From: Salinivirgaceae bacterium
Lineage (GTDB): Bacteria; Bacteroidota; Bacteroidia; Bacteroidales; SZUA-534
DNA: 64,000 nucleotides
NCBI GenBank assembly: GCA_017474765.1
Contig: JAFVGW010000034.1
Span: 217,694-281,693, forward strand
Reading direction: 5' to 3'
Positions 17,495-26,093 of this stretch are shown here, one piece after another. Under the pieces are notes generated by a model. The model saw only the letters and a program-made list of their open reading frames with translations. It had not been told where the DNA came from and did not search any database. Both the position numbers and the translations under genes were made by a program. Position 1 is the first letter of the stretch, and each line of letters opens with the position of its first letter.

Positions 17495-18457
17495 CTATTC
17501 CACCATCACCTCATCAACACTCTTGCGCGGCGCGTAGAATTTTGGCGCATCGGCATAGCCAAGTCGCAGAGTTATAGCAGGATAACCGCTGATTTTTAAT
17601 TCCGAACGCAGTTTTTCGGTGAGTGCGGAAATCTCACAAGGCTGATTGCAGAAGTTGTACGCAAAACCCGAACTGCACACCGTAAGCAGCAATCGCTCAA
17701 GCGTTTTGCCAAGGGCGATATAATCTTTTGGTGAAGTACCGTTGGTGCTCAATACGCAAAAGTGTGACGCTGAAGCATTTACCTTATCGTCGGTTTTGTT
17801 TTGCGATTTCGGATTCAGAGCCATCTTCACAAACATCCGCCCCATCGGCTTGGGTGTGGAAGGGAAGCCCAAAACATTGTAGCACAAGCCGTTTTGCGTC
17901 TGCACAATATGCTTTTTGTTGAACCGCATCCACGACAGCAGTTCGCGTTTGAAAGCCGTGTCGCTCATCTGAATATCGTTGCCTTCTGCAATTCCGCGAC
18001 AAACGAAATCGGCCTGTGGTGTGCCCGAAGCGAAAATGACAACACTCTTATTATCAATTGATTTTAGTGCATCAATCTGCTCTTGCGGAATCTTTTTGCC
18101 AATGAAACTTCCGCGGTGCGTGTGTCGCGTTTTAATGTGCGCAAAAAGTGCATCAGCCGCGCAACTGTCCGATTTTGTGAAAGTTACCACAATCTTACCA
18201 TCCTTGTAATCGTAGTCAGACGTGTAGCCGTAGTTGGTTGAGGCAATCTGCATATTCTCGAGCGCGCAGCCAAGGCTGATAAACAACTCTTTGTTCGACG
18301 AATCGACGACTGCCAGCCGTTTCGTAAAATCGGGCGCTATAACTATCGTATTTCCAACAACTTGGAATTTCCAAGGTTGTGAATTGTGTCCCGATGGGGC
18401 GCAAACGGCAAACGAAATCAAGATTTTCGCTATTTCAAAAAATGTCAAACTTTCCAT
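17495..18457 (-). CDS. nitroreductase-family FMN oxidoreductase (two-domain, ~320 aa type)
   Basis: CAPSGHNSQPWKF is a nitroreductase N-terminal motif. The gene lies 2 nt downstream of a TetR gene. Confidence 0.7.
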   Translation of the reverse strand: MESLTFFEIAKILISFAVCAPSGHNSQPWKFQVVGNTIVIAPDFTKRLAVVDSSNKELFISLGCALENMQIASTNYGYTSDYDYKDGKIVVTFTKSDSCAADALFAHIKTRHTHRGSFIGKKIPQEQIDALKSIDNKSVVIFASGTPQADFVCRGIAEGNDIQMSDTAFKRELLSWMRFNKKHIVQTQNGLCYNVLGFPSTPKPMGRMFVKMALNPKSQNKTDDKVNASASHFCVLSTNGTSPKDYIALGKTLERLLLTVCSSGFAYNFCNQPCEISALTEKLRSELKISGYPAITLRLGYADAPKFYAPRKSVDEVMVE

Positions 18458-18459
18458 CT

Positions 18460-19047
18460 TTAATCAAATATTTTGTCAAACATAAAATCAATGGTTTTCA
18501 GCAACTTTTCCCAACCCGAATCGCTGTTGATTTCGAGCGAGTTATAGACCGCGCAATTCTCGGCAAGAATGCAAAGATATGATACTGAACCCGTTATAAG
18601 GGTTGAAATGCCAGCCACTTGGTCAATGTCCTGCCCCGACTGCCGACTCACGGCATTGATGATGTCCATTGCCGTCCGTTCGCGGCGCTCGCGCAGGCCT
18701 GCAATGGCGGGGTTGTTGGTTGTGAGTTCCCAACGGTAGAGTTTCCGCAGTGCGGGCGACTTGCGCAGCATATCAATATAGGCGCGGAAAACAGCCTTCG
18801 AAAACTCCTTCACGTTGTCGTGCTGCATCGCAGGAAATTCGGTGTTAAGCCAAAAATCGTTGTCTTCAAGATACTTGGCCAAAAGTTGCTCGATTGAGCC
18901 AAAATATCTGTAAATCAGCACCTTTGAAACGCCCGAAACGCTTGCCACAGCGTTTACACCCGCAGCCTCGAAACCTTCGGCCTCCACAATCTTGCCAACG
19001 GCCTCGAGAATGCGCCGCTCGGTTTGGTTTCTGTCTTTTGTTGTCAT
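18460..19047 (-). CDS. TetR/AcrR family transcriptional regulator
   Basis: 195 aa with an N-terminal HTH (RRILEAVGKIVEAEGFEAAGVNAVASVSGVSKVLIYRYFGS). Confidence 0.85.
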   Translation of the reverse strand: MTTKDRNQTERRILEAVGKIVEAEGFEAAGVNAVASVSGVSKVLIYRYFGSIEQLLAKYLEDNDFWLNTEFPAMQHDNVKEFSKAVFRAYIDMLRKSPALRKLYRWELTTNNPAIAGLRERRERTAMDIINAVSRQSGQDIDQVAGISTLITGSVSYLCILAENCAVYNSLEINSDSGWEKLLKTIDFMFDKIFD

Positions 19048-19058
19048 AATCCATTTGT

Positions 19059-19098
19059 GTTACCAATCGGTTACAAAAGTATGTAACCTGTCGGTAAC
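19059..19098. promoter_or_regulatory. two GT[T/A]ACC-N4-GGT[T/A]AC operators bracketing a -7 box (TACTTTTG), putative TetR autoregulatory promoter
   Basis: GTTACCAATCGGTTAC at 19059-19074 and GTAACCTGTCGGTAAC at 19083-19098. CAAAAGTA at 19074-19081 reads TACTTTTG on the minus strand, 26 nt upstream of the TetR ATG. Confidence 0.45.
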
Positions 19099-19155
19099 AA
19101 GCAAATGTTTTCTTGAAAAAAAATGACAACGGTAAAAAAACGCCTGTGTTTTCGG

Positions 19156-20255
19156 TCACTTTTTTGAAAAGAAGCGCCTTAGCTCCTGCGTTCCATTTCG
19201 CACTTCATCAATGATTTGCTGACAACGCAACCGAGATATGCGAATGTTAATCCCGACAGTTATCATATCCTCATCAGAAGGCAAACCACTATAATTAACG
19301 GTCGAAGCGTGCTCGCCCAACGTAGCATCGTTAGTCAAATCGTAGGCTGGGGCAAGCGTCCAACGCCCCTCGCGACAAATGAAACTGAAATTTCGGGCGT
19401 GATCATCCATATTTTGGGCGCAAATGTTGAATGCCATCCGACGGAACTGCTGTTCCACTGCCTCAGGCGACTGCGTAAGGTAGCCGTGAGTTGCAGCAGG
19501 CTGTGGTAATCCATTTTGGGTGGCGTTATGGGCTCGTTGAGAAGGGCGCTGGCTGTCGCAACGTGCAAACGGACGCCACTTTCAATATCGAACCGCCTTG
19601 TTGCAAAATATTTTCCACCAATCAGTTTAAAATCAGGCACATCGATACCGCACTGGCGGGCCACTTTATTATACTGATACTCGATTTCGCCCATATTTTT
19701 AGGGTCATAGGTGTGGCGAAACTTGACCAACCACTGTCCATCGGCATCAGTAAAAAGGCATTTAGGGCGCACTCCGCCAGAATTGCCGCTTTTGAAATAC
19801 AAGGCCTCGGCGTTATCATCGGTCTTTTCAGATAAAACATCGAGGGCCATCTGCTGAATCTCGTCTAACGACAAAGCATCCGTATTAGCAGGCAACTTGG
19901 TTTCGGGTACGTAGCACAACGCCCCCATACCCGAACTGCCAATAATACTAAGCCATTGAACTGGTGAGAATTGCCGAAAATCAACACCCAACTTTTTTAA
20001 CATTTTTCGCAAAAGATACTCGCCATAGCCACCTGGCAGACTATCCTCAAATACGCCGAAATTACCGTTGAACGGAGAATAATCGGCAGTGAAGAGTCCA
20101 GCCTTCAACGGCAGTTTCAACGGCGATATTGAGAATCCATCGGCAAGCCAGCTCTTGTCATACTCAAACTGGCAATTAGTGCCGCTGCCAACCGACAACG
20201 TTCCGACCTTCCGACCGTGATACATCACGCTTACAGCCTGCACATTTAGCATCAT
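19156..20255 (-). pseudogene. hipA: hipA-family toxin kinase, disrupted by a frameshift
   Basis: ORF 19335-20255 encodes the HipA N-terminal and core parts (GGVRPKCLF...). ORF 19156-19458 is in a different frame (start coordinates differ mod 3) and encodes the C-terminal catalytic part (FRRMAFNICAQNMDDHARNFSF...APAYDL). The second frame is already open and HipA-like upstream (..YLTQSPEAVEQQFRRM), so the shift lies at about 19460-19500. Confidence 0.75.
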
Positions 20256-20566
20256 ACACCTCGCTTTCTTGTACGGTTTTTATTGATTTCCAATAGTTCC
20301 TCCATTGTGTCATATTTCGGTGCCGCAAGTAGTTGCATTATCTCTTCGGAGTAGCCCAAAGCCTTGGCTAACTTGACATAAGATTCAAGCGAAATGGCGT
20401 ATTTCAGTTCGAATCGCTGAATCGAGGAGGCTGGCACGCCGCTCATCGCCGACAGACTCTTTGTCGACAGTTTTTTTTCGAGCCGCCTTGCTTTCAAATT
20501 CTCGGCCAACCTCCGCATTGTTACTTGCAATGGATAAGGGTCGTATTCATATCTGTTCTGCACCAT
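20252..20566 (-). CDS. hipB: XRE-family HTH antitoxin (HipB-like)
   Basis: 104 aa with HTH LSTKSLSAMSGVPASSIQRFE. Its stop overlaps the hipA start by 4 nt. Confidence 0.72.
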   Translation of the reverse strand: MVQNRYEYDPYPLQVTMRRLAENLKARRLEKKLSTKSLSAMSGVPASSIQRFELKYAISLESYVKLAKALGYSEEIMQLLAAPKYDTMEELLEINKNRTRKRGV

Positions 20567-20621
20567 ATATTATGCGTAAATAGCGAATCAACGGTTTTAT
20601 ACACCAAATATTATGCGTAAA
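20567..20621. promoter_or_regulatory. direct repeat ATATTATGCGTAAA x2 upstream of hipB (putative operator pair)
   Basis: Identical 14-mers at 20567-20580 and 20608-20621. The core TTATGCGTAA is a 4/5 imperfect palindrome. Confidence 0.4.
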
Positions 20622-20640
20622 AATATATATAATTATCCGA

Positions 20641-20677
20641 AAAACAAAACGAGCAGTCGGCTATTCCAACTGCTCGT
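20641..20677 (-). terminator. rho-independent terminator after parC
   Basis: The minus strand reads ACGAGCAGT-TGGAATAGCCG-ACTGCTCGT followed by TTTGTTTT. Confidence 0.7.
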
Positions 20678-20702
20678 TTGCTTATTGTTTAAGTTTCTTT
20701 CT

Positions 20703-23474
20703 CTAAAACAGCGACATCTGCTCGCCCGAGCCTGTCGGCGGAACAATGTCGTCGCCCGAGTTGTCGTCAGTGTCGGTTGGCTCAATCTCCTCGGGTTGTT
20801 CATCTTCATCAGGTTCAAGCGGTTCGTCTTCTTTTATCGGCTCAATCTCTTCAATGTGCTTAACCTCGTAGGTGGTCAGGCGCTTGCCTTTGGCCGAGAA
20901 GCCCTTGATGCCGATAAACTCATCGACATTGATATCCTCGGCAGGACGCTCGGCGTTTTTGCCGCCAAAGGTAACGCGGATTTGCGGCCAGCGGTGGCTT
21001 GTGAGAAGCACCAGAAGCGAGCCTTCCTCAGGACTGATAAAGAGTTCTGTCTTTTTCGACTCGGCAATCTCGAAACGCTTGATATAGTAGAAGTTCTGCC
21101 CCGCATCCCAGAAAACGGCGGTGAACACCTTGCCAGGCACGTACTTCTCAATGAGTAGCACATCTTCGGGGTAGTGGTTTGTCAGGTCGAACGATGTGAG
21201 TTGGAAGGTGCCGCTGCGGGTGATGACCAGAATATGGTCGTCGCCACGGAACTCACCAACGTAAATGGCGCGCTCATCGGTGCTCAAACGCATAACCACA
21301 TCGTCGAACCAGATTTTCAGGCCGCCAAGCGTCGATACGCCCGACTCTTTGAGCACAATGCGGTGCACCTGCTGACGCGTTAGAATGTTGCCCTGACTCT
21401 GACGGCCTTTTATCATCAACTTGCTGAAATCCAACTCGAAAATATGCTTTTTCATTCCAGGTTTCGGACGCAGATAAATCTTTACGGTTTCGGCCTCGCC
21501 GTTGGGGTTGGCAGTGAAGTAAAGCACTTTCGAGCCAGGTTTCTCTTGCGTCACATCATATTCGCGGTCGCGTGTAACTCCCTTAACAGCAAAGCGTTTC
21601 ATATAGACAGCGCCTTCTTTTCCGTCGCGGTAGATGGCGTTGTAGATGGTGCGCTCGTCGTTTTTGCGGAACACGGCCACGTGAATAATGTCCTTGCCAA
21701 CAAATTTCTTGTCTTGCACCTTGGTAACCAGATATTTACCATCGGCGCGGAATATAATTATATCGTCGATGTCAGAGCAGTCGCACACATATTCGTCTTT
21801 CTTCAGACTTGTGCCGACAAAGCCTTCCTCGCGGTTGCAGTAGAGTTTTTGGTTCGATTCGGCCACCTTCGCCACCTCAATGTTGTCGAAACTGCGGATT
21901 TCGGTGCGGCGGTCGCGGTCTTTGCCGTATTTCTTTTTAATCTGACGGAAATGATTGATTGCGAAGTCGATAATATGCTCCAGATTGTTCTTCACCTCGG
22001 CAATGTTGGTCTCCAAATCGCGCAAGTGGGCATCGGCTTCGTCGCTTGAGAATTTCAAGATGCGGCGCATCTTTATTTCGAACAACTTACGAATGTCGTC
22101 ATCGGTGACGGGGCGGATGAATTTATCGCTGTAAGGCTCAATGCGCTTGCGTATGTGCTTGATTACCACATCGTAATTCTCACCAGTTTCGTACTCTTTG
22201 TCCTTATAAATCCGCAACTCAATGAACAGTTTTTCGAGCGACGAGAAGTTCCAGTCAGTCTCCAGTTCGTCGAGTTCGACAAGCAGTTCCTGACGCAACA
22301 ACTCGACGGTATGGTCGGCCGAGTGGCGCAGCAGTTCAGACACGCCCAGGAAGCAAGGTTTTTCGTTCTCAATCACGCAGCAGTTGGGCGAAATCGACAT
22401 CTCGCAGTCGGTGAAGGCGTAAAGCGCGTCGATGGTCTTGTCAGGCGAAACGCCAGGCTGCAGATAGACCATAATCTCGACTTCGGCGGTGGTGTTGTCG
22501 TCAACCTTCTTGATTTTTATTTTGCCTTTCTCGTTGGCTTTCAATATGGTATCGATGAGCGACGCCGTGCTTTTGCCGTACGGCACGTCCTTAATCATCA
22601 GCGATTTGTTATCGACTTTCTCGATGCGGGTGCGCACTCGTACCGCGCCGCCGCGCTGACCATCGTTGTATTTTGAGACATCGATGAGTCCGCCTGTCGG
22701 GAAATCGGGATAAATCTCGAACGGCTTGCCCTGCAAGTAAAGAATGCTTGCGTCGATGAGTTCGTTGAAGTTGTGCGGCAGGATTTTCGATGCCAGACCA
22801 ACGGCAATGCCCTCAACGCCTTGCGCCAGCAAAAGCGGGAATTTGACGGGAAGCGCCACAGGCTCGCGGTTGCGGCCGTCGTACGAGAGTTGCCATTCGG
22901 TGATTTTGGGCGAGAAAACAACGTCGAGAGCGAATTTTGAAAGGCGCGCCTCAATGTAACGCGGTGCGGCTGCGCCGTCGCCAGTGAAAATGTTGCCCCA
23001 GTTTCCCTGACAGTCGATGAGCAGGTCTTTCTGCCCAAGCCCGACAAGCGCGGTGTAGATACTCGAGTCGCCGTGCGGGTGGAACTGCATTGTCTGCCCC
23101 ACAATGTTGGCCACCTTGTTGTAACGCCCGTCGTCGATGCGCTTCATAGCGTGCAAAACACGGCGCTGCACAGGTTTCAGGCCATCGTCGATGTGCGGAA
23201 CGGCGCGGTCCAGAATCACGTACGAAGCGTAATCAAGGAACCAGTTTTGATACATTCCCGTAACGCTCGAGATGTCGGTCAGGTCGTTGGCAAGTCCGCT
23301 GAACGGCTTCACGTCCTCAACATCGAATACTTCCTCGCCTTCAACATCCTCGGGCTGATTCTCGTCGCTGTTAAATTCTTCTGCATCAATTTCTTCCGAA
23401 GCCGATTCCTGATTCTCGTTCAGTTCTTCGTTTTCAGAATCCATTGGTGTCTTGTCGTCAAATTCGTCTGACAT
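20703..23474 (-). CDS. parC: DNA topoisomerase IV subunit A (type IIA topoisomerase A subunit) with acidic N- and C-terminal extensions
   Basis: 923 aa. YASYVILDRAVPHIDDGLKPVQRRVLHAM, and the active-site Tyr lies in GAAAPRYIEARLS. It is paired with a B subunit 0.4 kb upstream. Confidence 0.82.
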   Translation of the reverse strand: MSDEFDDKTPMDSENEELNENQESASEEIDAEEFNSDENQPEDVEGEEVFDVEDVKPFSGLANDLTDISSVTGMYQNWFLDYASYVILDRAVPHIDDGLKPVQRRVLHAMKRIDDGRYNKVANIVGQTMQFHPHGDSSIYTALVGLGQKDLLIDCQGNWGNIFTGDGAAAPRYIEARLSKFALDVVFSPKITEWQLSYDGRNREPVALPVKFPLLLAQGVEGIAVGLASKILPHNFNELIDASILYLQGKPFEIYPDFPTGGLIDVSKYNDGQRGGAVRVRTRIEKVDNKSLMIKDVPYGKSTASLIDTILKANEKGKIKIKKVDDNTTAEVEIMVYLQPGVSPDKTIDALYAFTDCEMSISPNCCVIENEKPCFLGVSELLRHSADHTVELLRQELLVELDELETDWNFSSLEKLFIELRIYKDKEYETGENYDVVIKHIRKRIEPYSDKFIRPVTDDDIRKLFEIKMRRILKFSSDEADAHLRDLETNIAEVKNNLEHIIDFAINHFRQIKKKYGKDRDRRTEIRSFDNIEVAKVAESNQKLYCNREEGFVGTSLKKDEYVCDCSDIDDIIIFRADGKYLVTKVQDKKFVGKDIIHVAVFRKNDERTIYNAIYRDGKEGAVYMKRFAVKGVTRDREYDVTQEKPGSKVLYFTANPNGEAETVKIYLRPKPGMKKHIFELDFSKLMIKGRQSQGNILTRQQVHRIVLKESGVSTLGGLKIWFDDVVMRLSTDERAIYVGEFRGDDHILVITRSGTFQLTSFDLTNHYPEDVLLIEKYVPGKVFTAVFWDAGQNFYYIKRFEIAESKKTELFISPEEGSLLVLLTSHRWPQIRVTFGGKNAERPAEDINVDEFIGIKGFSAKGKRLTTYEVKHIEEIEPIKEDEPLEPDEDEQPEEIEPTDTDDNSGDDIVPPTGSGEQMSLF

Positions 23475-23501
23475 ATATCTTTTATTTTTGCGAAATTACG
23501 G

Positions 23502-23861
23502 TTAGTATATTTTCCAATATGTTTCACATACAATAGAATCGACATCACATATATCAATATATTCTGGTATATCTATATGATTTCCGTGTGTTGGGGAATA
23601 TAAACTTATTTCACTAATATCATCTTCCTGACAATAATGCAAATACTCATCCTTATATATTGTAGCCACATTTATGCCATCCCAATTCTTTTGTTCTATA
23701 TCAATAGAATCTCTCCAATGGGGATACATGGGATAAGATATTATACACGTATCACCTATAAAAAACAAATAACGGTCGGCAGCACTCTCGTCTCTACTGT
23801 CACCACAAGAATTTAATATTGCCAGCAATCCTAATAATATAAGAAACCGTGCTTTCCTCAT
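23502..23861 (-). CDS. hypothetical small lipoprotein
   Basis: 119 aa. MRKARFLILLGLLAILNSC gives a signal plus lipobox. Hand-counted lines are about 27-33% GC. I recognise no family. Confidence 0.55.
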   Translation of the reverse strand: MRKARFLILLGLLAILNSCGDSRDESAADRYLFFIGDTCIISYPMYPHWRDSIDIEQKNWDGINVATIYKDEYLHYCQEDDISEISLYSPTHGNHIDIPEYIDICDVDSIVCETYWKIY

Positions 23862-23874
23862 CCCTTAATGCTTA

Positions 23875-25836
23875 TTATTTTTCATCCTCAACCAAATCTT
23901 CCTCAATTCGCAGATTATCAATGATAAACTGCTGACGCCGCGGTGTGTTTTTGCCCATATAGTACGACAGCAAATTGGCAATGCTGTCGCCTTTTTTGAC
24001 GTTCACTGCATCGAGACGTATATCGCTGCCAATGAAGTTTTTAAACTCATCGGCCGAAATCTCGCCCAAACCTTTGAATCGTGTTATCTCTGCCGATGCG
24101 CCAATCTCTTTAATGGCCGCAAGACGCTCTTCGTCGCTGTAGCAATATTTCGTCACTTTCTTATTGCGCACGCGGAAGAGTGGCGTCTGCAAAATATAGA
24201 CGTGGTTCTTGCGAACCAAATCGGGAAAGAATTGCAGAAAGAAAGTAAGGATTAACAATCGGATATGCATTCCGTCGACATCGGCATCAGTAGCGATTAT
24301 CACCTTGTTGTAGCGAAGGTCGTCAAGACTTTCCTCGATGTTGAGCGCTGCTTGCAAATTATTGAACTCATCATGTTCATACACAGCCTTTTTTGTTTCT
24401 CCATAGCAATTAGCAGGCTTACCGCGAAGGCTGAAAACCGCTTGTGTATCAACATTTCGGCTTTTGGTAATGGAACCCGACGCCGAATCACCCTCGGTGA
24501 TGAAAATCGACGACTCATAGCGCAAGTCAATCTTCTCATCCGCATCAGATTTTTCAGTAACGCCTTTGGGATAGACAGCCTTAACGTCGTTCAGGTGAAT
24601 GCGGCAGTCGCGCAACTTGTCGTTGTGAAGATTCACCTTTTTGGCTTTTTCGCGCGCCATCTTTTGAATACCAGCAAGTTGTTTGCGTTTGGTTTCTTCC
24701 TCTTGTATCTTTTTGAGTAGAACGCTGGCTATTTCAGGATTCTTATGCAGGAAATCGTCAACTTCCTTCTTAATGAAATCACCCACGAACTTGTTGACGC
24801 TCACACCGCTCAATTCGTAGGTATTGCCTTTTTTGTCTTTGTCGGGCGCCATATTGGCCGAGCCGAGTTTCACTTTAGTCTGGCTCTCGAATGTGGGGTC
24901 AATGACGTTGATGGCGATGGTTGCCACAATGCCGCCGCGAATGTCAGAAAGTTCGAAATTCTTTTGATAAAAATCTTTTATTGTACGCGAAAGATGCTCA
25001 CGCAGAGCACTTTGGTGCGTTCCACCTTGCGACGTATATTGTCCATTGACAAAAGAATAGTAATCCTCGCCGTATTGGTTGGTATGTGTGAAGGCGATTT
25101 CAATATCTTTGCCTTTAATGTGGACAATCGGATAGAGCGGTTCGGCTGTGTTACGCTCTTGCAGCAAATCGAGCAAACCGTTGCGCGACAGAAACTTCTG
25201 ACCATTGAAAACCAGCGTCAGGCCTGTATTCAGGTAACTGTAGTTGCGCAGCATTGTCTCGATATAGTCCTCTCGGAAATTGTACGGACCGAAGACTGTT
25301 TCGTCAGGCGTGAACTGCACCATTGTGCCTCTGCGTTCTGTTGAAGGCACCAGGTCATAGTCACGGACGAGTTTGCCTGCTGCAAAATCAATTTGCTTCA
25401 TCATTCCGTCGCGGAACGAACGAACTGAAAATTCCGATGACAGTGCATTGACAGCCTTTATACCCACACCATTCAATCCTACCGATTTCTGGTATGAATC
25501 GGTATCAAATTTGCCGCTAGTGTTCATAATAGAGACAGCGTCAAGCATTACACCTTGCGGGATACCACTACCATAGTCGCGAACAGTGAGTGTATGGCCT
25601 TCGAGTCGAATATCAATGGTTGTTCCAATTCCCATTTTGAACTCGTCTATCGAGTTATCAATCACCTCTTTGATTAAAACATAGATGCCATCGTCTTGGC
25701 TGTTGCCATCGCCCAGTTTGCCAATGTACATACCAGGCCGCAACCGCACGTGCTCAAGGCCGTCAATGTGTTTGATGCTGTTATCATCATATACACGACC
25801 TGTATTTTGGACATCGTTATTGCTACTGATTGTCAT
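23875..25836 (-). CDS. parE: DNA topoisomerase IV subunit B (type IIA topoisomerase B subunit)
   Basis: GHKL ATPase N-terminus ([23 protein letters not shown]), [14 protein letters not shown] and [11 protein letters not shown]. The ATG at 25836 is preferred because a -7 box at 25855-25862 lies inside the longer ORF-track extension to 25923. Confidence 0.82.
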   Translation of the reverse strand: MTISSNNDVQNTGRVYDDNSIKHIDGLEHVRLRPGMYIGKLGDGNSQDDGIYVLIKEVIDNSIDEFKMGIGTTIDIRLEGHTLTVRDYGSGIPQGVMLDAVSIMNTSGKFDTDSYQKSVGLNGVGIKAVNALSSEFSVRSFRDGMMKQIDFAAGKLVRDYDLVPSTERRGTMVQFTPDETVFGPYNFREDYIETMLRNYSYLNTGLTLVFNGQKFLSRNGLLDLLQERNTAEPLYPIVHIKGKDIEIAFTHTNQYGEDYYSFVNGQYTSQGGTHQSALREHLSRTIKDFYQKNFELSDIRGGIVATIAINVIDPTFESQTKVKLGSANMAPDKDKKGNTYELSGVSVNKFVGDFIKKEVDDFLHKNPEIASVLLKKIQEEETKRKQLAGIQKMAREKAKKVNLHNDKLRDCRIHLNDVKAVYPKGVTEKSDADEKIDLRYESSIFITEGDSASGSITKSRNVDTQAVFSLRGKPANCYGETKKAVYEHDEFNNLQAALNIEESLDDLRYNKVIIATDADVDGMHIRLLILTFFLQFFPDLVRKNHVYILQTPLFRVRNKKVTKYCYSDEERLAAIKEIGASAEITRFKGLGEISADEFKNFIGSDIRLDAVNVKKGDSIANLLSYYMGKNTPRRQQFIIDNLRIEEDLVEDEK

Positions 25837-25854
25837 AGAAAATGAAAATTTCGC

Positions 25855-25862
25855 CAAATATA
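25855..25862 (-). promoter_or_regulatory. candidate -7 element (TATATTTG) for parE
   Basis: Matches TAnnTTTG, 18 nt upstream of ATG 25836. Confidence 0.4.
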
Positions 25863-26093
25863 GAAATTTGAATTTTGGACCGTCAGCCGATTTATCAACA
25901 ACGGGGGGTTGAAATTTCCACACGTATCTCTTGCGCGCTGATTTTTACCGCAGAAATTCATCACACACACCAAAAACTCATCCGATTTTTGGAGCCGTTT
26001 TTCGGTTTTTCTGAGGACTTGGTACGAATTATTCGAAAATAGATTTTTGCCGTGTCGGACGGAACGTTTTTTACACTATTCTTGTGATGAACA

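Noticed and set aside
19156-19458. 100-aa ORF as an independent gene
   Set aside because: Its sequence is the catalytic C-terminus of HipA, and its frame is open and HipA-like upstream of the listed Met. I treat it as part of a frameshifted hipA, not a separate gene.
25837-25923. N-terminal extensions offered by the ORF track (parE to 25923; also galM to 5787, GT4 to 12503, argH to 45280, PTP from 15568, ispD to 16891)
   Set aside because: The extensions add non-conserved residues ahead of canonical N-termini or signal peptides. Some use TTG. The parE extension also swallows a consensus -7 box. I prefer the downstream ATGs.
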